A DNA stretch of 64,000 nucleotides, taken from contig NC_092678.1 in the NCBI RefSeq assembly GCF_964355755.1, positions 2,248,422 through 2,312,421 on the forward strand, in the 5' to 3' direction. Positions 37,701 to 49,700 of this stretch are shown one piece after another. The translations under genes were made by a program, and so were the position numbers. Within the stretch, counting starts at the first letter, position 1. Each line of letters opens with the position of its first letter. The notes beneath the pieces are model-generated. The model did not search any database. It saw only the letters and a program-made list of their open reading frames with translations, and had not been told where the DNA came from. Source of the stretch: Antedon mediterranea (Eukaryota; Animalia; Echinodermata).

Positions 37701-40700
37701 TTTGATGGCAAAAAAAATACAAACCAACAGACTGTTCATCTGAGTATGCTCATAAACATATCCGAGTTGTGATAACGTCTATAAACTATGCCAAATTCTG
37801 AAAGTTTGGACACATGCTTGGTGGAAATTTGTTTTGGGTCATGCGCACAAACATCTCTAGTAAATGTTTAGAGTATGGAACTACTTTAATTAAATGTTAT
37901 GGTACTAATCAAACCACTGTACCACAAGTATAATCAAATCCAATAGAAAATATCAAACACATGCCTTATGAAAAATGTGATACATTAACATCCTCCTTCA
38001 AGAAAATGTTTGCAATATTTAAAATTTACTGACAACATTTTACTAAAATACATATAATTGGGACATGACCTTCGACAAAATCTAAACACTGATACTGGCC
38101 TGCGACAGAGGTGATTGAGGCCCCATTAATTTAGCAGCATAAACATTAGATTTACAATTTAAATCCTAAGGGATGACTAGTATATCCAGGCCCATCCAAA
38201 CCCGAGTCATATTTATAAATGTATATACCTTTACATATAAATATTTATAGCTAAAATATTGTGGCTTAGCCAAAGTAAAACCATCCAAGTAAATAATTCA
38301 GAAACGTTGTGTTAGCTATCAGACCGGAGGACATTCTTAGATGCGGTTAATAAATATGTGTGTTAGAATCCTTATTAACGAGTAAAAAACAAATATGACG
38401 AGCTTTTGAAGTTGAGCCTTTTAAATGAACATTTTTATTTGAGATTACACACATGGTCAGGTTAAGGTCATTACATTTTTTAAAGAAGCTAAGTTCATCA
38501 ATGTAAACAGTTTTTATTTTTTGCGGATATTATGAGGTTAGATGAGAAAATCATATTTACAAAAAATAAATTTATCTTCATCATTATCACAAAAAATGAA
38601 TTATTATTAAATCAAATTTAGATAATAGTTACAAAATATTATTTTTGCAAGGAAAAAAATATTACTCAACCAAAAAAAAAATGTTGCCTTAGATTCAATA
38701 ATACTGTACTCTACATGAATTCTGTCCGTTAAATTCCACCTACTGCAAGATTCGAACATAAAACCTTTCACATTACAGGCAAGTACCTTAACTACAACAC
38801 CACAGGAAATCTTGTTGGAGATAGATGGAACCATCTTCCATGTTACTTAAGGCATGGTTCGTGGACTGTACCATTTATGTACTGTAGTGGTGTGTTTACA
38901 ATGAATTTTCTACTTTTCGAATTATATCTGAGTCTTTGAGTTGAGGAGATATGGCCATTATTGGTCTATCCATGTAAATTCGGCAAAAAATGGACTTAAA
39001 TTAAAGCCTTGATTCACACTGGATTCAATTATAGAAAGATTTTAACTGTAAGTTTTCTGTTCACACTGAAACAATATTCATAAATCAATAGAGGTTTAAC
39101 AAACAGTGTACACATTATACTAAAAAAAATGTTATACAATGACACAGGACTATTTTACGTCAGGATGAGTCTGCTGTTCTTAGTTTGCTAAAACCAATTC
39201 CTGATTGTTCTCCAATGAATTCACTCAATTACCAGACGACAGCTAATTACAAACTGATGTACGGATGTCATGGAAACGTACACAACTTGTGTAGTTTATC
39301 CAAAGATACATTTCAGATGTTTGGTGTAAACTTAATCCACTCATTCCAACAGGAATCGGGAGAAACATGTACGTGCCGTTCACAAAACTTTGATTGATGT
39401 GTTGTTGGTATGGCAAACAAAATTAAAGATAAGTTTATTTCGGTTTCATTAAAATTCTTCTAGTCATTTCCACTACTGTATGTAAGTCTAGGACAGTCTG
39501 ATGTTACCAACAAAAAAAATACAAATTGTATTGTAAATGTAATAAACCCTGATTTAGTTTCATAATTTGGTTAAATACATCACTGTATTAATAAATAATT
39601 GTATCACTATGATCAACCACTTCGCTCTCTGAAGACATTTTAATTAAAGACAAGCTCTAATTAAGGAAATAACTAGCTACATTTTTCTGAATCACTACAA
39701 AATATAGCTGGTCCGTAAATGGAAGTTTTATGGGTTGATAATTTGCTTAGAATAACGAAAAGTTAAATGAAAACAGATTTATGGCAGAATATTGCATTCA
39801 TCCAATGAATATAGGTTCTTGCTTAATACTTAATTTCATCAAGACTAGAAATCATTAAAGCATAGATATTGGCGATATTATTTAGTCAAGATTAACTGAA
39901 AAGTATCAATATTACTCGAGGAGTTTTGCGTAGTGTAGGCAGGTCTACTTACAAGAGAATATAAACGATTTCAACGTGTCATTTCATTTGTTATATTTAG
40001 TATGCATGTGCCTTTACGAGGGTTGTTTGTTCGTTGAATGAGGCATTACACGTAAACCATGATACACAGTCGTAGATAACAGCACAATAAAAACGACATT
40101 TTTGAGAAGAATAACCGGGAGAGACACTTACTTAATATATATGAGTGACAGAACCCAAATTGAGACTTGGCACGGATTCTCAACTCGTTACTAACTACAC
40201 ATTCTAATGGTTTTAGGTGGTGGCAACTTGTTCGTCTTCGGAATTACTCAATTACGTCGTGTTAAATGGGAAGAATCAGCTTGTAAAAGCTTAAGTGATC
40301 AACAATTTTATATAGGTCACTGGAGTGGAACTAATATACGTTCATTTGTGCATCTATTAAATATTATAGAAATGGTATTTTCATTATTTATTAAACATTA
40401 TTTTAACAATGTTGCAATTTTACACTTCGATTTTAATATTCAACATTACATTAAGCTTTGTTATAATTTTTATATTAGATTGTTGTCGTGAAACCAATTA
40501 GCTTTCAAGTGCATCTAATAAATTGTGAAGAAACAGTGATCTGTTGATATTATTAGTTATTAACATAATTCCAACGCTGCATTAGTCGTTTCTTCCTTTT
40601 AATATTTCAAACAATGCGTATTCCTTTGCGAATTTCTTGTTATATTTAATAAATTTCCAATTTAATGAATTTCCAATCTAATATACAAAGGAATACAAGT

Positions 40701-43700
40701 AAACGAGTAAAATAAATTCTGATACTGTACTTTAGAAATAACAGTAACTTGCAGGTTAGCCCAATATCTCTTAACATTATCACATATCTTTCTTATAGGT
40801 GGATAGAAAACTTCTTTTGTTGGTGTTACTGTTGCTAAAGATTTATTTATTTATTTATTATTTTATTTACCCTCTTTAGTCAAAGACTGGTCTCCCAGAG
40901 GGCCCAGTTATGATCAGTAGCTGTGAGTGACAGTGGTTGTAGCCCCCTAATCGTTTCGAAAGATGTACTAGGTTCTTTAAAGTGCACATTAGCTAGATGT
41001 GTACAGAAGGCTCATTCTACCACCAGAACCATGGAGCGAGTGAGCCTTAACTGCTTGGCCACCTCCCCATCCAGCTTATCTAAGACTATTTTCTTATCTC
41101 TTCCTCTGGCCAACATTTTAGTAGGCTTCCTTACATGATCAATTATGACATACCAACAAAAGCAAAGTTGCAGAAAAACTAATCTTCTGCAACTACTTGT
41201 CGCAGCCCCCAAGACATCGCAAGTGAATTACCTGTTGCTGCTGTATGAACGTCTGCTGTTGCAGCTGCAAGAGTTGCTGTAACTGATGTGGTGACATGAC
41301 ACTTGGTTGCTGTAAGAGTTGCTGCATTTGCTGAGCTGTGAGTTGCTGAGGTAAGATGAAAGCCTGGCCCTGGTGAGATATTAGGCTCAGAGGCGACTTC
41401 AAATCGGACTTCTAAAAAATACAAAATTGGGAAATAAATTGTACCATATTTTCTGCTGCCAAATTTTATGAATCAATGATTATATTTTTGAAATACACAT
41501 ATACCATAAATAATAATTACAGTAGAACCTCTCCTTTGGGAAACCTCTACTCAGGGGACATTCCCATAAGGAACACCTTCCTTTGAAATGAATGAGGACC
41601 AATAAACACTATGGAAAACCCCTATTAAGAGGACACTTTGATGAGTCCCGAAGGTTTCCCCTTAATAGTAAGTACAGTTAGTAGTAGTATTAAGTACTGT
41701 AGTATAGTAGAGTAGTTTAGACACTATTTTCCCATGAGCTATTCATATTCGCTGCTAAAGTTTATATACAACATTATAAATTACCGTTAATGTAGTGTCA
41801 TTTAAAAAAAGTCTTAACTTTTGCATAAAAGTTTATTGTCACTTCTGTGAAATTGACATACAATATTATGCTGTTTTGAACATTTTGATTTATGAGATGT
41901 GAAAAGAGATGAGATCAGTATCCTATGTACTGTATCATAGTATCAACACACTGACCACATGGTATGGGATTACTCATAAAAGTTGTGTTTTTACTCAGAT
42001 CAGTTAATTTTAACCCTAAAAAATAGTTCATTTAAATATCAATTGGTTTCATTTAAATTTAAAGAAATCACTGTATATTTCATAAGTTATTTTTATTTTT
42101 GGTGTACTTCACCAAAAATTCAAAATCTGTTTTTTTATGAAATGGATGCTTTAAACAATTTTAACAGGTGATTGTCGGCACAAAACTATAATATCAGTAT
42201 ATTAAGCTATATTTACACGCTCTTTCGGAGTTAGTCATATATCACAGTTGGATTGCAGTTCAGCTTGTTCTGTGTTCACACGCACAAATTACATCCGATA
42301 AGCTGCTGTTAATAATCCAGTGGGCAGGTTATCACTTCTGAAACATCAGAGTTAATTAAAGGTACTTTGGATGTACAGAAAGCATACCTGAACATCTGTA
42401 AAATCATTAGAGGTTATGACACAAAGGTATAAGAAAGTTAACTTTGTTTTGTTCACTCTGGTGTGTGAATACAACTTTAAATAATATGGTGATTGAAAGA
42501 ATAATTGAAAAGACAAGGTATCACTATCTTGTGAATGGGTGTTTAGGATCGAGTAACAGTATGGACTTGATTATTTAAAATGAGGGTGGGTGGTGGCATT
42601 ACTTAACAAGTAATTAGAGATAATTGGTGGGTGTTGGAAGAGCTATAATTAAAGGAAGGCCACAAGCCGTCATCAAAAAGTACTGTACCTCCAATCAGCA
42701 CATACATCCATTTAAAGCATCACAAAAACAAGGCATTTTAAACCAAAAAAACGTTAAGACAGTAGAAAGTCATGTACATTGGGAAGTACATTAAGTTTGT
42801 TTTAAACTATTTAGATAGCCATCCATCATATGCACCTCATCATAACATCACCGCTTGAGTAACAATATCGACACCAAATGGTTTTAAGTACTTTATGTTT
42901 TATGGTGACTAAAACGATGCTTGATCAGCCGAGACAATGTGGAAAAGATAATTCAAAAACGATTTGGTGTTTGAGAGAGATGTATGGACAGTAAATAAAT
43001 AAAGATTAAGAGTATCATCAGATGCTAATACTGTTTTAGGAAAGATTTATAGGCAATGTAGACAGAAAAGATTACAAATCAAGGTTAGATTCAAAGAAAA
43101 AATGTTATATTTTAGATATATTTTCTTGTGTCCTAAGAGTTACGAGTCTCGCATCAATCAAGTGGTCTCGTTTAAATCAAATGGTCGGCTTGGTCTCATG
43201 GTATCATAGAATTTCCAAAATAAACTCGCAGAAGAAAACATAGCGCTGTTTTTTTTTTTAAGTTTTGGCGACAGAGTAACTATTATGAATGAAAAAGTGG
43301 TCTTTTGTTGAAATGAAAATCGTTAAAAAAAAAATTGTTAAAAAATGAAAATAGACGAGGTAGTAACGGAATAAAATGTAATTATTTAAATAATAAAAAT
43401 ATTGGTAAATTTAAAAAAAGAAAAATAAACCAGCAATTTAATGTTTTTGTTTCTATTTTTACAAGGTGTTAAACATAAAACATATTACTGTAATATTGTA
43501 CTAAAGACATGTATTGTACAAAAGGTGTTAACAGAATAAAACATATTACTGTAATATTGTACTATAGACATGTATTGTACAAAAGAGAGACTTTATCAAT
43601 GTTGATGTAGGAAAAAAGTAATGTAATTTTTCGTACATCCCAGACAAGTATGCTGTATGTAATTCTTGATACCAAGTTTAAATAGTTAGCGGCTGTTTTC

Positions 43701-46700
43701 TACACATGTCAGGATATCCCAGGGTAGGGTACAGCGAGGTTCATCCAAGTTGGCGTCTAGTCAAACGTTTAACACAAATTTTTCCTATACCATAATTTCA
43801 TACTACTGAATACATAATTACTAAAATTACAAATGTATATTATATGAGAACATATTAACATGAAATAACACAGATTTGAAATTCAGTAGTTTTGCAGGGT
43901 TTTTGTCTAAAATGTAAATGGAGAAGTTGTTTTAATTGTAAACAGAGCGACGCAGGATAATATATTAATAACATTAATAATTCCATTATTGTTGTTTTTA
44001 TCGGTAGTCGGTTATTTATGTTTTCAGCAAGCGCATTAGTGTTGTTATTATCGACCTCTCCATACCCGGTCATCATAATTGTGTTATTGTTATTCTTGCG
44101 TTGTTGATGTTGTTCTATTGATTATAGTCAATTTAGCTACGAAGCGGCTGTTACATTTAACTCATAACCGTCTCTTGCTATGGACAAATTGTTTTTTCCC
44201 CATTGAAATAAAATCATTTGAAAAAAGGAAAATACCCTTAAAAAACCATGAGGAACTTTAATTTGTATGTAATTTTGACATCTAAACTATAGAGGGCACA
44301 AAACAAATCTAACTATACAAGAAAACACTAAAGGCTGGCAAGGGTTTTAAATATGTGCAGAAAATGGTAAAAATGTAAGCGAGAAAGGGCAAGTAGAGGA
44401 GAGCCAATGAGCATTAGAGGGTCAAAGGTTAAGATGTGCTCAGCAAATGGTAAGAGATGTGAACGAGAAAGAGCAAGTAGAGAAGAAATAATGCGCATGG
44501 GAGGGTCAAGGGTTAAGATGTGCTCAGCAAATGGTAAGAACAAGAAAGGGCAAGAAGAGGAGAGCAAATGCGCATAGGAAGTTTAAGATATGCTCAGCTA
44601 ATGGTACGGATATGAATAAGAAAGGGCAAGTAGGAGAGAAAATAAGCATGGAAGGGTCAAGGGTTAAGATGTGCTCAGCTAATGGTACGGATATGAATAA
44701 GAAAGGGCAAGTAGGAGAGAAAATAAGCATGGGAGGGTCAAGGGTTAAGATGTGCTCAGCTAATAGTAAAAGAATGTGAATGAAAAGTATTGGCATAATA
44801 CAATTTCAAATCTATGTGCTTTTTTACCAGTACAAATAGTTTAGTTTACCTACATATCTTGCTAATTCCACACAACTGACTAAACAACATTATAACTTCT
44901 GATTTCAACGAAATTAACATAAATTCAACTTTGTTATGAATAAAAAATGTTTACTTGCTTTAATGACAATTTTAATAATTCACCACAACATGTTTGAGAT
45001 ACATAATTCATTCACAAAGAAATTAGCATCCATAAGACGTTTACAACATCCATGACGGAATTCGTGGAGATTAACGACTAATATTTATCATTAAAATAAC
45101 TGCATGTTTAGGAAATATTTTATCTTTGTTTTATTCATCTAGGAAACGACTGGTAATTTAAATTTCCAATTATTTTGCTATACTGTGAGATTTGTTGATG
45201 TTCTGTGGTCCAATATCTTTTTTAACTTTTTAATTTAAGATGGACAAGTGAATATAAAATCTGATGACATCATTACTTTTGGAAATTATTGCAACATTTA
45301 TGGATATGCAACCTCTATAGATGGTACTTTATATAACAGAACAGAAATAATTATTTTAATTTTGGTATTACAGCAGTTCCTATAAGATTAAACAATGGAT
45401 CATGTTAGAGTAGATAAGAAAATAAACAGTGGTAGATAAACATACAGGCAGGAAAATAAATTAATATAAATTACTAAATAAACAACTATACCTTGATTGA
45501 CAACTGCACTAGGATGGTGGTATATAAACATTATTATAATAATTACATAAATCTGTTGCATTGAGAATTGTGATGACGAGAGTTCCATTTATGTTACGGA
45601 ACTTCCATTCTACAGTAGTTCAGTTTTATGTTATTAGAGCTCTCCATTCCCCGTAACAAGAATTTCATTTTACAAGACTTCAATTGTATGTTCTGGGAAT
45701 TCCATTGTATGTTACGGGAATTCTGTTCTGTTACGGGAATTCCATTCTGTTAAGGGAATTTAATTTTGTGTTAATTAGAGCTCTCCAATCCATTCCATTA
45801 TACAAGACTTCCATTCTATGTTACAAGGATTCCTTTCTATACGGGAATTCAATTCTGTGTTAATTAGAGCTCTCCAATCCATGGTACAAGAGCTCCATTC
45901 CATGTTACAGGAATTTAATTCTGTGTTAATTAGAGCTCTCCAATCCATGGTACAAGAGTTCCATTCCATGTTACAGGAATTCAATTCTGTGTTATTAGAG
46001 ACAATTATATTATGAGATATCCATTCTAAGCTTTGACATGTTTTAAGAAATGTTGGGCAACACATTATACTGAACTATCTAAAAGAGTCTGGTGGGAAAA
46101 AACCGAAATTTAGTACGTCAACACTACATACTAAAAAAATAATTGTGAAAATAGCTATGGTATGGAGAAATTGTAAAATTAATTAAAATAATGTTTATAA
46201 CAATATAATTACCAATTTATCAATTTCAATAATGGCGAATTTGCTTCAATTGAATTTAAATTAGTCGGGCTTTTTTCATCTTTACATGAATATTCATCGA
46301 CCACCGTTCAAAATGTAGAATTTCTTAAAGCAAGTGTTTGCGGACAATAGGAGGTAATCAAATAAACAGGCTTTACAAGTGTTTGTGCATTTCAAATCAA
46401 TATTATATTGTTAAAAAGAAATCAAAGCTCCCGGTATGCGATATTTTTCAAAAGGGAATTATTAGTCACAAATTCAAATCGTTTGGTGCGTCGTAACTAT
46501 TGTATACCAGTACAATTTAAAATAATGATCTTTATTAGAAATTAGAGATTGGGGAGATAAGTGGGGGGGGGGGGGGGGTTTATTGCTGGTATAATTAAAA
46601 TTTTATTTTTAGAACAAAAATGTTCTTTAATCGGTATATTAATGTATTTCTCTGATTTTAAACTTATAAAATTTGTAGATAATGTTACTAATGTTCATTT

Positions 46701-49700
46701 AATTTATAGAATATAGAAACATATATATTGCGCTTAATTTTTAGGTATTCAAATTTGTAGAAAATGTTACTATACTAAATGTGCTCATTTAATTATTTAA
46801 ATATATTACCCTTAACGTTAGATTTGTTACATTTGTAGAAAATGTTAGCAAATGAATGTATAATGTATTAAAGCACATCGAATTTAGAACACCAGTTAAA
46901 AGTTTGTACTTAAGCTCAGACATCGCCGCCACAAGAACTCTTATTGTTTCTGAATATAGAATAGAAAGCTTTTATCCTGGAAATTCTAATGAATGAACTT
47001 TCTTTGTGTTTGTAATTTCCTGTGATTCAAAATGTACAGACATGGCTTTAGTTAGCTTATTGGGTTTTGTGGTAGGAAAACACAAAAGCTATGTAGTATA
47101 TGGAGTATTCTCTCTATTGGGAATAGTGAATAGTCATACACTATAAATGAACTGTTCCTACATTGTCATGCAAAGTTTTCTATAATAAACCGATGCTGCA
47201 GAGTTTTGTTGAATATTTCTATTAAACAAAGGTTGGATAAAAACAGTTACCGTTGATTCAATATTTTATTTTACATGCTTCTGTGGAAAATACATTATTA
47301 CTTTACACAGGAAAACTTTGTACAATTAATTTCTAACTCTCTCACAATTGGACAACTAGAAAATTAGGTCTCCAACTCATTTCAAAACAAGACTTGTTTA
47401 CCTAAGGATTGGTTGCAAAATAATGTTTGGCCAAAAATTATGAGAAATAATTATGGACAAATCAACAACCAACATCATGAAAAGCCCTGCTTCTGGGTTT
47501 TCCCATTATCTTGAGTGTATACTTTCGTTTTTAAGCAACTACTGTACAAAGCCTAAGGTGTTTGAAAATCATTTTACACAGTAAGAAACATGTGTGCATG
47601 TGGAAAATGTTTAACGTAGCATGTTAAAAACTACTAAAATAATGAGCAAGTTGAGAACAATGTGCCCATGTGGTTAGAAATCGCTCCTCCAAGATACTGG
47701 TTAAAGCGAACTGTTGGTCAATGCAATCCCAGACTATTTATAGAACTCGGGGCTAAAAAATCTCTATTGAACTGTTGAAATATCCCCACTATAAGAATGG
47801 TATGAACCAAAAGGTGAATGGCTGGTTTACTTAAACCTTCAATTCTGTTTACATAATTGATGTTATTAACAATTTTACAATACTTTATCTGTCAAGATTG
47901 TTCACAATAATTTCCTCATTTTTTACAATGCGTTTTATTTTCATCGGTGAAGGTCGATGAAACGGTGATCACGTCTTCTTAGATGTAGTCCGCAGAGCTT
48001 GTTAATAAGAAACGCACCATCTGTTTGCCATTTTTATTTGAAAATTACTATTAAATGGTTATTTATAGACTAAATCTTTTTAATGAATTTATCTTTTATT
48101 ACTTTTTTTATTCAGTTTTTTGGTATTAAATATATCTGATGTAGATAGGTTTCATGAAATCCAAACTAATTGTACATTTTTAAAATAAAGTAACTATATG
48201 CCCCATATTAAAAAAAAAAAAACTGTATACTGTACAAGGAGGAGGGCATTATAGCTCAAATAACATAACTAATTACTACAGTAGGTCAAAAATTGATTGA
48301 CAATTTTCAACTAAATTGCCCAGTATGGTTATCTTAATTTTGTAAGCATAATCAGTATTATTATGCATCATCATACTAAGCACTGTAATTATTAAGCATG
48401 AGAATTCGCAGTCATTTACACAGAATTATAATATATTACAGTTTCTAAATTATTAAACAGTAACTTATAGTAGTTGTATGCGACAGGAATAAATACAAAT
48501 TTTGATAACTGGAAAAAAAAATAGGTGGCCAGAGCGTACTTGATCACTTAATTTACCCTCGAGTAACGCAATTTATAACCTACGCGCCTGGAATAAAATT
48601 CAGCGAAGAAGATTAATTTAACCTTTCCGCTGAATTAACAAGTATACGAGTTAAATGCTAATGGTGTTGTATTTCTCATTTATTGGTATTTTGTATAATA
48701 TCCCCAATGACTAACATATGAAATAGATTATTTTGTCTAGAAAAGGTTTTGTTTCCTGTCGTCTTTATTATGTACTGTACAAATGATAATGAATAGTTAT
48801 ACATAAAAGGTGGACAAGATGGAGAAAATGTAATAATCCAAGGTGATAAAAATCCAGGGTGATTAATGGAGGCAGGGATGACCCAGCCTAAATTTCTACC
48901 ACCCAACATATGTTACCTTTCACCCATATTAATAGTATCTATCTTGTCACACCCTAAGCTTTCTATTATCTATCAATGGGTGTGTAAGTTACATTCCATA
49001 TCCAGTGAATACAAGCATTTGTCTTTGTAAGCAACAATTATCTTTAATTTTGTGTGTAAATATAAGAGCAACAGATTTGAGGCAGTAGAAAAGGTAGTGA
49101 ACTTGGCTATTATGTTAAATGGATAAATGATAACAAACAATATTATTTGAAGTATATACACTGAAACAATATAATGTTCTCGATTACTGTATGGCAATAA
49201 AACAATATTAATAAATAATATCTCATAGATAGAACTGCAAAAAGTATTACATGAACAGTGTGGTATACTGTATGTTTTGTTTAGCTGCAAAGCAGTTTAA
49301 GTTCCTTCTTAATTTTTTTTTTTTTTTTTTTTTTTTGTAATATATTCTTAAACATTTATTTTCTTGGCTTGGAGACACAACAAGGCTTATTGATATTGCA
49401 ATGGTAATTGTTTAACTACTGCAAAGTAGCTTTGTGCAAAAGTATTGTCAATTTTCTTAGTACACAGTACAATTACGTCAGAGTAGAACATCTGACCAAT
49501 TGACTATAATACAAAACCACAGTTAAATATCTGACGCTACACGATATGAGGTATATCCTGGATGTGGTCACAACAGTTAGGATGTTCTGACAACTTTCAG
49601 TTGCTAGGTGGTGATGTTCTGACAACTTTCAGTTACCGGATGGTGATGTTCTGACAACTTTCAGTTGCTAGGTGGTGATGTTCTGACAACTTTCAGTTGC

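Noticed and set aside
43855-44180. [15 protein letters not shown].. in a CpG-containing patch as an alternative FoxP first exon
   Set aside because: No in-phase strong donor was found; it could be an internal promoter but this is unsupported.
46563-46578. G16 homopolymer as a functional G-quadruplex
   Set aside because: Isolated mononucleotide run with no supporting context.
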